A DNA stretch of 64,000 nucleotides from Pavona decussata. Taxonomy: Eukaryota. The notes under the pieces are model-generated. The model did not search any database and was not told where the DNA came from. It saw nothing but the letters and a program-made list of their open reading frames with translations. The translations under genes were made by a program, and so were the position numbers. This document shows positions 50,691 to 61,752 of this stretch, piece after piece. The stretch spans positions 4,836,001 through 4,900,000 of the forward strand of contig CDRNST010000006.1 in assembly GCA_977016875.1 (NCBI GenBank), given 5' to 3'. Position 1 is the first letter of the stretch. The number at the start of each line of letters is the position of its first letter.

Positions 50691-52633
50691 GGACTTGGTG
50701 CAAGCCTTGTCCAGCATCAATTAAACCGAACCTTTTATTTCGTAGTCCTGACCGTGAAACTGGTAGAAAGTTTTTGTTTCAACCCCCTACTTATTTTATT
50801 TAAATATGGCAAAGACAGAGGTAACTTCTGGTTTGATGATCAATCTACACTTTTTAAAGGACGCTTGTACAATGCACAACTTTTCCTTCATTCACATGCC
50901 ATTGAAATTTGGGGAAAATGTGATCATTTGGTTGTCCAATATACACAAACTGATGTGGTCTTTAAAAGCAGCCTTCAATTTGTACGTACAGTCAAAGCAA
51001 AAGTCAGTCCCTATACGGTCTGTAAATTGCATCTCATGTGGGGGACTTAAATTCTTTTCTCGCTTTGCTGAAGAGGTTGAGAGATGGGTGAACATTTTTA
51101 TGGTCTGTACAGACCACAACATGGTTATTCCGTTTGTCATCGGTCCATAAATGTATGTGTTGGTATGAAGATTTTCTCCCACACTGACCAACGCTAAGTG
51201 CATGTGCAAATACGGTCGACTTCCTCAACGACCATGCATGTCTGTTGAGATCATTGTTTGTGTTCTCTGCATTCGGCTTTTTTTTTTTTTAGTATCCCTG
51301 AGTATCTGAATTAACGTCAGTTATCAAATGCTTTTTCAAGAAACTGCTGTTGAAGAGGAAAAGCATCCTAACGCTGAGAGCTTGCTGTATCGTTATTCAT
51401 CGTAGCTGTCCAGTGCAACAGTTTTGTTTCGAGAATTGCATTTATATTGTTCGATGTGTGGCAATAATTTTAATGATTTTTTGAAAATATTGGGATTGTG
51501 ATGAAGTATCTTTTCACCATGACATCCAATTAATGAAAGATGGCACCTAAATGCGAAAGAACCTGACTGTTTGGACAGGGCGGCAATTTTGATTAACAAT
51601 AACACTCTAAAACCAACACAGATGAGAAAAGTTACAGAGAAGCCGACAGAACGTTTTGCTTAAATTACACCATAGAAACCTACTGTGAAAAGAGCCATAT
51701 ACTACAAGTAGGCACATTCGAACACGCTTGAGAGGTATAATGGCAACTCCACAATTGTATTCCGATGAAATTTAACTAATGTTGAAGACTGAAATTGTTG
51801 AAGAAAGGAGACAGGTGCTGAAAATAATCAATGCGAACGCATTCTTTCCTCTGAAATCCTGGCCAATAAATATCCAGATTATCCTCTGGAAATATACCTG
51901 GGGGCAACACGGGAGGTTGCAAAAATTTAGAGAGAATTTACTGGGTTTTTATATTAACATCGCAATACTTCTAGCAATAGCAAAGTTCCACTTCTCAATA
52001 TAAACCACACACAACCCACAATTTCTTGATATACGCTGACAAAGGCCGGCTGGTGCTTGAAACATCAGCTTTTAAATCTCATTACGGTTGCTAATTCAGT
52101 TCAATTCAATTCAGCTGATAAAAGAGGCATTCGTTTTCACATCCCATCAACACAGGACAACAATTTCGTTACTTGTAAACTATCCCGTCTTATCCATTTG
52201 TTTGGATAACAGGCTTTTTTATAACATGCAGGTAACCTAATAATGCATTCTATTAGAAACTCGTGATCTGTAAATAGAAATAGTTTATCACTTTATTTTG
52301 GCAACCCAAACCATAGTTTGATTCTTACGATAGATAAAATATTGAAATACTCGTCAAAACCTGAAAGCTTGTGGTATCTTACAGCTACGTACACTTGAGA
52401 ACAATCTCTTCTCAAGAAACTCCCGTGGATGAAAAGGACACTACTTCAACTTTCATGCTCATGAAAATAAAATTTTCAAATGCCATTTGGCATTTAAGTG
52501 TTTAACGTCTTGTGGATATATTTATCTTATATTCACAAGGCTGAAGGTGTGTACAAAATGTTCATTAATTGCTCAAAGCAGAAGTCAGACAGAGCTGTTT
52601 ACAGCCATGATCAGTTTTTTGTTTTATTTTCAG

Positions 52634-52703
52634 AATGATGAAGATGCATCTGATTTTGATTTGCCCCCTTCGTGGGTTGCTCCTGTGGAAATTTCCCTCA
52701 AAG
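52634..52703 (+). CDS. DRC7: DRC7 coding exon 8
   Basis: NDEDASDFDLPPSWVAPVEISLK, phase 1. Confidence 0.92.
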
Positions 52704-52958
52704 GTGGGCCACTACTATATTTTGTTTCCAAATGTAGCTCTGTTAACTGTTGTAATTCGTAATTTAATAACAGAAAATTAGTAGCTCTGGTAGCTGTTAA
52801 CAAAGGAGTTTTTTTTCTACTTTTCGCCAGATTTCAAGGTGTTCCATTTAAGGGCTTCAGTTTGCATTCTCTCAAGATCTTGTCGGCAAATTTCGTAAAA
52901 GAGGGCAGCATTCCTTTGGTTCTTATCTAGCGTCCCCTAAACAAAAGAAACAAATGAC

Positions 52959-53111
52959 NNNNNNNNNNNNNNNNNNNNNNNNNNNNNNNNNNNNNNNNNN
53001 NNNNNNNNNNNNNNNNNNNNNNNNNNNNNNNNNNNNNNNNNNNNNNNNNNNNNNNNNNNNNNNNNNNNNNNNNNNNNNNNNNNNNNNNNNNNNNNNNNNN
53101 NNNNNNNNNNN
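52959..53111. other. Assembly gap (153 N)
   Basis: Run of n. Confidence 1.
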
Positions 53112-53317
53112 CATATCTTATTATATAGCTGAACTGGTCCGCGATGAAAAGGAGCATTTTTATTGGCTCCCTGAGCGGTCCGAATTTTCCTATACAGACC
53201 GCTAAGATGGACCGCTAGCGTTAAGTGTTTCGTGGTTACTGTTTCAGTTTTGACAACGCAAATTAAAAACTGTTTCCAATTAACTTTATATAGTAGGAAC
53301 TGTCGGTTTAAATCGTG

Positions 53318-55326
53318 ATGTCGGACTTTTACTCCGAGAGCACTGACGAAGGAACGAAAACAAGCTCTGAAAACAACAAACTCGACGAAGAAACCAAAGA
53401 AAATTCCGTCGACAAGGCCTCAAAGTACCACGACTTCACTGAGCAACAGCAGGCCAGAAGCACTACAGAGAAAACCAAATCTGACCTTAAAATATGGGGA
53501 AAATTTTGCCACCAACGGAATGAGTTCAGGAAGATTGAGGCAATACCCTGGGTGGAACTTAATCTGCTGCTCTGCGCTTTTTTAAAGATGTAAGAAAGAA
53601 AAATGGCGACGAATACGAACCTGGAACTCTGACTTGCCTGCAACGAAGCATCCAGCGTTATCTTAATACCCACGGGTCACAAGCCAATCTCATTCAAGGT
53701 GACGAATTCAAGCTATCCCGAGAAGTCCTCGGTGCAAAAAGAAAACAGCTTGTCGTGGAGAGAGGGAAAGGCAATCGTCCACAAGCAAGCCGAGAAGTCA
53801 TCGCTGTTGAAGAAGACAAGCTCTTTGCCGAAGGAGAATTTGGCGAGCACAACCCGGTTGCTCTACATCGCACAGTTTGGTGGCTCCTGGCTTTACATTT
53901 TGGCTTTAGAGCAAGAGATGAAAGTAGAAAGCTTCAGTGGGGCGATGTCAGCCTTGAAACTGACCCGGACACAGGCAATGAAATGCTGGTCTGGAAAGCT
54001 GAGAGAGGCTCGAAGACGCGCCAGGGACAGGACAAAGCAAGCGGTCACCGAGCATTTTATTCTACTGCTCAAGCTACTGATAACGAGCACGCTGGGGATT
54101 TTTTTAGTCAAATTCGGCCAAGAAGTTTCTTCTCCTAAGGGTTTTATTGTACGAATCTCAATTTTTGCAGGCGAACAAAACAACGGTTTCTCTGCAACTT
54201 GGCCGATTCGGATTTTTGAATTTTATTTTTTTTAACGGTAAAATGACGTCATCAATTTGGCGCGAAAATTTTTTTTAGAGCTTCGACATGGTCAATCACT
54301 TTTTGCTAAATAAACATACCTTAAGGATTACAAAACTGAAAAAAAGATTTGAAATATCTTAACTGAATCAAAAGTTTTGGGCTTCTGAAGTTTGAATTTT
54401 CCGCCATTTTGTTACTAAAAATAGCCTTAAATTGAACGCTTAACTTCCCATAACTCTTGACTCCAATGAGGTATTCCAAATTTTTTTTCAGATTTGTTAT
54501 TCTCATTTCATGTTGTTTTTTATGTTAGGAACGACTGTGTCGTAGCCCCCCCAAAAAAATTTTCCCACCAAATTGATGACGTCATTTTACCGTAAGAAAA
54601 ATGAAATTAAAAAATCCGAATCGGACAAGTTGTAGAGAAAATATTGGTTTGTCTGATTGCAAAGTTTGAGGTTGCTACCACAAAACCCTAAGGAGGAGAA
54701 ACTTTTTGGCCACATTTGACTAAAAAAATACCCAGCGTGAGCGATGTCCAGTCAAGTACTATAAGCTGTTCAGACGTCACAGGCCCATCGAGATGAATCA
54801 ACCAGAGGCACCATTCTACTTGGCCGGAAAACATCAAAGAAAGGCTACTGATGCAGTGTGGTACAAGAAAAGTCCGCTTGGAAAGAATGAAATCGGGAAG
54901 CTACTCACCAAAGCTGCCCAAAATGCTGGTTTGCCAGGACGCGTTACCAATCACTCGGTTCGAAAGACCTGCATTTCACGATTGCTGGATTCAGATGTTC
55001 CTGGAAATTACGTGGCCCAACTGAGTGGACATCGAAATCTGAAAAGCTTGAATTCATACAAATCGGCTTCCATTCAGCATCAACGAAGAATGTCGTTAGC
55101 CCTCAGTCGCTCATCAACAACCACAAGCGAGCTCCAAGCAGTTGGCAATACACAGGCAACAACTACAATGGAAAGTACCAGTATGGCGACCACAAAAGAA
55201 GCCGGATTGGCTATTTTTCAAGGAGCAAATTTCCAAAACTGCTCGTTTAACATCCAGATTACGAATCATGATCAGCCACCGCTTCACAAGCGCTGAGCCA
55301 TTTTAAGTGACGATGAAGACGATTGA
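53318..55326 (+). pseudogene. DUF3504/ZMYM-QRICH1-KCTD1-like tyrosine recombinase; frameshift at about 53580, split by an insertion
   Basis: Reconstructed frame: VRKKNGDEYEPGTL...LHFGFRARDESRKL...DNE|RCPVKYYK...PFYLA...WYKKSPLGKNEIGKL...TNHSVRKT...SGHRNLKSLNSY (R, HxxR, H, Y catalytic set). Confidence 0.88.
54088..54739. mobile_element. CACTA/EnSpm(CMC)-like MITE inserted in the recombinase ORF
   Basis: CACGCTGGG...CCCAGCGTG long imperfect TIRs, 2-bp TSD AG; removal restores the reading frame. Confidence 0.85.
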
Positions 55327-56065
55327 AATGCAATTTTGACTAATTTTGACTACAAAAGCTTCAATTTCATCTATTTTCATTCATTCCATAGTATAGTTGA
55401 CACTTTTAAACATTCAACACTTTTAAGAAATGCATTTTCTTCGGAATCTCAAATGAGCTAAATTTTCATTTTTCGAACTTTTTCACTTCGATTGACGAGA
55501 CATGTCAAACTTTCGTGTCAAACCTTGACCAATAAAAAGTCGCCTTTTCGTGCGCGAGCCAATCAGAATTATTCCACGTGGTTTGTGAGTACGCGTCAGC
55601 ATGGAGAAGGCTTTCTTGCACTTTTTCTCGCACAACTTGATCATAAACAAGTTTCACGCGGACCAGAAAGCAACAAGCGGGAAAGCCTATATAATAAAAA
55701 CCTTATTGAACTAGCTTGTTCGGTCCGTATTGGGAAAATATTGGTCTCGTCCTTTTTTTGCAAGTTTATGGACCTCGCCTTCGGCGCGGTCCATAAACTT
55801 GCAAAAAAAGGAACTCGACCAATATTTTCCCAATACGGACCTCACGCTAGTTCAATAACATATATGTAATGTAATGTAAAGTAATGTAATATAATATTTA
55901 AGCCTTGTGTAGCTTTCGCTACTTGCAGTCCTGTGTGATTAACTAAAAAAAAAATTGAAAAACATAACATATACATTGATGGATTGATCGATATCTTTCT
56001 GAATTTTTTGGTTTGTAGGTGTTACATTCTTCTCACTATTTCTCGACCGATGCTAAACAAAGTGT

Positions 56066-56069
<4 letters not shown>

Positions 56070-56114
<45 letters not shown>

Positions 56115-56462
56115 GAGATACTCGGGTTTCCTATGGGTGGTGCCTGCTAATACAGGAATATTTTTGCGCGGTTTAAAACTATGTGGAGAAAGCAGAACTT
56201 AGCAAACGCTTTTGGTATCTCGAAAGAAAATTGGGGGTAACCATGCATTTTTCAGAGATAATTAAGCTTCAATTTAGGAAAAAATCCCATACATTGCTTC
56301 ATATTTTGGCGCTTTTTAGAGATATTATTACTTAATTATCTCTGAAAAATGCGTGGCTACCCCCAATTTTCGTTTTGGATTCCAATAGGCCTTCCTAAGA
56401 TCTGCTTTTCCCGCATAGTCGCAAACCGCACAAAAATACTTCGATATTAGTAGGCACCGTCC
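56070..56462. mobile_element. Kolobok-like MITE
   Basis: TTAA TSD; TIR GGACGGTGCCTACTA. Confidence 0.85.
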
Positions 56463-56745
56463 TTAAGCGTGATCTATATGAGAAGTTCATAAGAATAAAA
56501 GGGATTTTGAAGCAAGATCGATTCAACATCTAATTGGTAATTGGTTTCAACAAAATTTGATTGGACTTAACATTTGGGTCAGAAAATGTTGAGCGGAAAT
56601 TGAAACAAATGTTAAAAGCATTTACACACTGACAGGTTTTAATTTGAGTTGACCGGGTTTAGAACTCTATTTTTTTATAGTTAGACTGAATGGTATTTAA
56701 TTAACTGACATCATGAATGTTATTTTTTTTTTCTCTTTACAAAAG

Positions 56746-56874
56746 AATTTCAAACAAGGTGTCCTTATGGAAAAAAGACAAAGCTGTATAAGAAAGCGAA
56801 GATCGAGAAATTTGCAGACTATCTGCTGAAAGACGGTCTTGTATCCTGTTTGGCAAGTTACAATGACTATGAGT
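56746..56874 (+). CDS. DRC7: DRC7 coding exon 9
   Basis: (E)FQTRCPYGKKTKLYKKAKIEKFADYLLKDGLVSCLASYNDYE; GTGAGT donor. Confidence 0.93.
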
Positions 56875-57214
56875 GTGAGTATAGTTCCTAGGCATAATAG
56901 GACAACATTACCCAGTATTTAAGGAACATTATTGGTCAGTGGGTGATATCGGATTCCTGACAGGCTGGAAATGGAATATTATAAATCACCAACATATTTG
57001 CCATTACTTGTGGACGTGTTGTGTTATGTTGATCAACGAACTTTTAAAATAAATACCAAATTCCAAGAGAGAAGCTAATAAAAAAAATAATTTGCTTGAA
57101 AGGAAAACTAAAGTGGAAGATTTTGTGAAAGCTATTGGTTGAGAAGAACCACTAAAACTGTAAGGAAAACTGCAAGATTAGCATAGAGTACCCATTTGAA
57201 GGAATGCACAAGAG

Positions 57215-57293
57215 CAATCTCGTTCTGAGAGGCTGCGTTCCTTTTGGTGGCCTCCGCTGGCCTAAAGCCTGCACGGGCTCTGGTGACCAGATT
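57215..57293. mobile_element. Small degenerate CAATCTCG-type MITE
   Basis: CAATCTCGTTCTGAGAG...CTCTGGTGACCAGATTG imperfect inverted ends. Confidence 0.45.
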
Positions 57294-57854
57294 GATACAC
57301 AAGCTACTCTGCCCGTGCATGTGATTTCATGGTGTAACAAGGTCAATGTCACGCCTGCGATCATTCCCAACAAAAGTGACGTTAGAAAATCATGAAGCGC
57401 CGGGAGAGTGGTAAAATCAAAAAAGGTTCAAGCGGGAAAGAGTGTGAAATATTAATCGCGGTCAAACATAAAAGAGAATGTCTCTGCTTTGAGGGTGCAA
57501 GTATAATAAGTTTGCTGCGAGTCTGTGTTTTTACTGTTTCATGTAAATATTTATTTTAAGTAAATATGTGGAGACCAGTCGGTGCTGTGTCTTTGTTTTC
57601 TGTTTGAATGCGTGACATCTAGAAAACTGGCTCGCTTAATGGTTCCTAAAACGTTTTTTTACCCTTTTGATAGCGGTTAATATGAAATGTAACTACTCGT
57701 CACAAATGGGATTTTGGAACATTTTAGGAGTTGCTTGCGAAGTTATCACTAGCACCCCTCTCCGCCCCTCGTCATTGTTACATGGGATCCCGCCTCCCCA
57801 CCAAACTGCCACAAACTACATTATATGCATGGTCAACTTGATTTTTTGTTTCAG

Positions 57855-57983
57855 TAAAAGATCTGGTTCAAAAAAGAGAAATGTACAAACACAGGATTGA
57901 CAGGCTGGAGAGTAAAGTGCATAACATGACAACCGGACTTATTACAGAATACTTTGCACCTGGCAGAATCGACTGCCTGAAAG
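57855..57983 (+). CDS. DRC7: DRC7 coding exon 10
   Basis: (L)KDLVQKREMYKHRIDRLESKVHNMTTGLITEYFAPGRIDCLK. Confidence 0.92.
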
Positions 57984-58235
57984 GTTCGTACATCCGGCAA
58001 GACCAGTTATAACTCAGCTTAGTTATGATGTCACTCATTGTGTAAAAAGATTGGTAAGCCATACGAGCTCCTTTACAACACAGCTTTGTTTTGATGCCGT
58101 ACTGTTTGTACAAATGTTGGTACTGTACTACATTACACTATTGCATATGGTGGCCCATCACTGTCACGACAAACGACAAAGTAATTTCGCCCACTGCAAA
58201 GTCATTTTTTGAGGGGTTTTTTTTTTGCCTTATAG

Positions 58236-58299
58236 AACACACCTACAAGGCTAGTTCACCCGGTCCAGAATCTGACAGGAGTATGATTTTCTACTCCAG
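58236..58299 (+). CDS. DRC7: DRC7 coding exon 11
   Basis: (E)HTYKASSPGPESDRSMIFYS, donor GTAAGG, phase 2. Confidence 0.9.
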
Positions 58300-60353
58300 G
58301 TAAGGCAGGTACCTCTTTCAGTTAGATGCAGTTGGAATGTTGCTTGTGACGCACAGACAAACTGAAAATGTTACAATGAGTCATGGAACAAGTCAGTCTT
58401 TGCTACTCCTTTCAAAATGCCATCTCGTGTTTTCCTAGATTCATGGCTTACGACGTGCGAAGGAAAATAACTGTCATCAACATTGTTTCTCCACTTTATC
58501 CAGAAATGCACCTAACCCTGATTTTGGGTACTTTATATAAGACAGACCTTTTTGTCGTTTTCATATGACTTCATGTTTGGCAGAATTATTTGTGTTTTTG
58601 TGAGAATTTAGGGTAGGGGACACTTTGTGATGTCTATCATACAGTTCATGCATCTCATTAGCGTGCATTTCTGGACATATCTCTGTTTCTCTCACTACAG
58701 TACACCTATTTAATGTCATGTTCAGGTGTCTGTCATTGATTTATTACTGTGATGTACTGTCGTTAACAAACTATTCACAAACCTTTTAATGCGTTCGCAA
58801 AGGAAGGTATGTGCTGATTTCTTAAGCCAGCTTTTCACCAGTGACGCAAACACAACAACATATTTTAACATGGTCATGGTTTAAAACCTTTCCTTCAGCT
58901 AGCGCTTATGCTAGGGTCCCAGTAATTGACCGTAATTGGTTGTTATGCAATATTTCAGTTCGACAAAGGAGGATGTAAACTTAATTCGTGGTGGTCAATC
59001 AGTGTTTTGCAAGCCAGCCTTTGTAAGCAGGCGGTTACCATCCAACTCTTCAAAATACTGTTTTACTTTACTGTTGTTATTCGGCTTGATGCATACGCTA
59101 GGCTATGAAATGTGTGTCATCTGACGGATTTAATTTATGGATTACCTTAAACCTCTCGTAATTCTTAATTAGGTCCAATTCTTTTTATTTTTTCCTCACG
59201 AGCTTTTTGAAAAATCTAACGAAAGATCTCAAATTTTGAATTTTATTAATTCCCAGCTATCATCAATTGTATTTGTTTTCGACTCCTTATTTCATACAGG
59301 AATATTGCACTCCATGGTGCTAACACAGCAGTCATTTAAGAGCCGATTTCTGAGATTATCAAAAATCGGGCGTCAGTCGTGAAATTTCGAATTCCTTGAT
59401 ATTTTGCCCATATAATCTCTATAGTAAAGTATTTTCAAAAATAACGTTAAAAGTTTCGTCAGCGTATTATTTTTTTCGAAATCGGGCAAAGTTTGAAATA
59501 CAGCAAATTAGCGTCCTTTCGGTCACGAAACTTACTGAAAATTACCCATTTTCATCTCGCTCGTAGAAAGAAACGCGATGTCCTCCATTAATGAAATGTT
59601 TACAAAATATAAACACCTCCCTCTTCTTCATAATGCACTAGTTAAATTTAGATAAGCTTGAGAATTGGAAATGCTTCGGCCGTTAGAAGAAACCCCATTT
59701 CGGCAGTTTAAAAATTCAGCAAATTTCATCCAATTTCAACACAAAAGAAACCCAATTGGTACGTCCAGTTTGAATTTAAAATGAAGACATTGTTGAAGCA
59801 CAACCTTTGCAGTTTACTGTGTTAAAATATTTCTGGCGGCAATGCAAAAGTATCCCGTCGAGAGACCAAAATGTGAAGGGTACTTTGACACGAGGAGAGC
59901 CTGTGAAACGAACAACGGCCGTCACGCTACAAATCAAGTCCTTTGTTAAATTATCACTTGCAACAAAGAATATGTTTTCTATGAGCTGTACAGAAATTGC
60001 TAATAGTAGCTTATTCTCTGCTGAACTTAGTAGGATAACATTTCGTATGATTTTGTCAACTCGTGTATTTTTACACATGTAGAAGTCAGAATTGGGCACA
60101 TTTTGCTGTTAATTGTGTAATTGGAAACTGTTTACATTATTCTGCTTCGGCTACTTTCAAAAATACAACAGTCAGGAAATACCAAAAGTCAGAGTATTTC
60201 TAAGCTTTAATTCATCTATTGCTTGAGTTTTTAAGACAGGAAAGGCAATTACTTTAGAATTATCAAGCAAAGATGGTATAAATTCACTTAGAAGAGGTCA
60301 AAGTTAACAGCAGAGATCGGCTATGTGATTGTCGCATCGCAGAATAAATATTT

Positions 60354-60956
60354 ACTAGAAATACGTGACTCGCAAAACCTCGCGAAGCGGGGGCTGGGTG
60401 GAAAGCCCTCTTTACTCGTATTGTAGCATCAAACGAGGAGATTAAGAGGCGCATAAGAATTTTTTTTTGATGAGCATGGTGTTTTCGTAGTTCCATGGGC
60501 TAGTTTGCGGTTGAAAATCTATTTCTGACGCGACGTAATGTATAACGGGCGTGCAGCGCTGTCGTGTTCGATGAATTTATTTCCCACGGAAAATTATTGA
60601 CCGCGGCCACAAAACGTGTAATTTCTTTAATGCACTCTTTCACAAAAAAGATTTCTAAAAGAAAGGGAAAAGATTCTGGAGAGATAGTTCTGTGTCCAGT
60701 GAATATTGATGAACATTGCAGTTGAAATTTGATCATGCACGCATATTTTTTTTCCATGTATGCAAATTTTGCTCCAGACAACGCCAGACAGTCTGACGTC
60801 ATTGTGCGGACACCTTCAAAGATATAAACATATATAGAGATATATAAATATATTTTTCGCTCGAATTCGCTCGGCTTAGCTCCGCTAGGGCCGGCTCGGC
60901 CCGACAAATTTATTAACCTCGCTACGCTCGGGCCTTCGGCCCTCGCTTCGCGAGGA
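60354..60956 (-). mobile_element. Helitron2-like non-autonomous insert in the left TIR
   Basis: Absent from the right arm; no TSD; minus strand starts TC and ends CTAG(T); asymmetric IR CCTCGCGAAGCG; 5' hairpins. Confidence 0.7.
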
Positions 60957-61598
60957 ATGAAATTGCTATAAACTAGCAGTTTATTCTAGCCCTGAATTCG
61001 AAAAAATTCGCTAAGGAGGACTTACCACAGTGATCTGATCTGCAGCGCCAGTAACTCTTTTTAAACGGAAAAAGTTGAAATCCTTGTAACTGCGTGACTC
61101 TGACAAACTAAGGCGTGATCAAAACCGCGTGGGACCTGGTAACCGAACTATCTTCCCACGCCGGCTACGAAGGCGAGCAAGTAACAAACGACAAACAATT
61201 CCGTATTTTACCTCAGTAAATATGCAGTTCTTCAAGTTCCTAAACCAGCGGTCTAGCCTAATATACACTCCCGTGCTTGAAAACATTTTTTTTGGGCGGG
61301 GTTTGGGGGGGGGGGGGGGGTCCTTGCGCGTGAGAACTCGCGGACGTTTAGAATACAGCTTAGTGCCCTTTTTTCAACAGTAACTTTATATTTTCTACTG
61401 TATGGCACTTACCTTTGCAAATATCAAAAACGAAGTGGACAGTTACTATAGTGTTTCCTAACTACAGAAAAATGCTACCATTAATGGTTGGAGGTTCCAT
61501 CTATGATACAGTAGCAAGTAGAGTAGACATTTTCCTACAAGACACGACCGCACATGATCCTACGACGGACCAGCGCACAAAAAGACTATTTTGCAGCC

Positions 61599-61752
61599 TA
61601 GCCTGTTCCAAGCTCCAGAATAGTGAGAACTGCGAAAACATGAACCCGAATTTAAAAGCGCTCTCTCTCTGCACAATTCCACTCATTTTGTTTCCTCGGG
61701 TTTTGGTTTGAAATTTGGGCGTTCTCACTAACTGAGAGCTTTGAACTGGCTA
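61599..61752. mobile_element. TAGCCTGTTCCA-family MITE in the foldback spacer
   Basis: Imperfect TIR related to 39832-41724. Confidence 0.6.

Larger units (their letters stand above)
53118..55862 (+). mobile_element. Crypton-like element with DUF3504 tyrosine recombinase, nearly complete
   Basis: 11-bp IR at 53118-53128 / 55687-55697, 3' hairpin 55703-55858, recombinase frame in between; no TIR pair at the true ends. Confidence 0.85.

Noticed and set aside
52923-53205. ORFs made of X residues
   Set aside because: Artefacts of the N gap.
53318-55326. Host ZMYM/QRICH1/KCTD1 gene or bacterial/phage integrase contamination
   Set aside because: Intronless, bounded by element ends shared with a second copy, and embedded in a DRC7 intron, so a transposon is the better reading. 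The adjacent gap leaves its left flank unverified.
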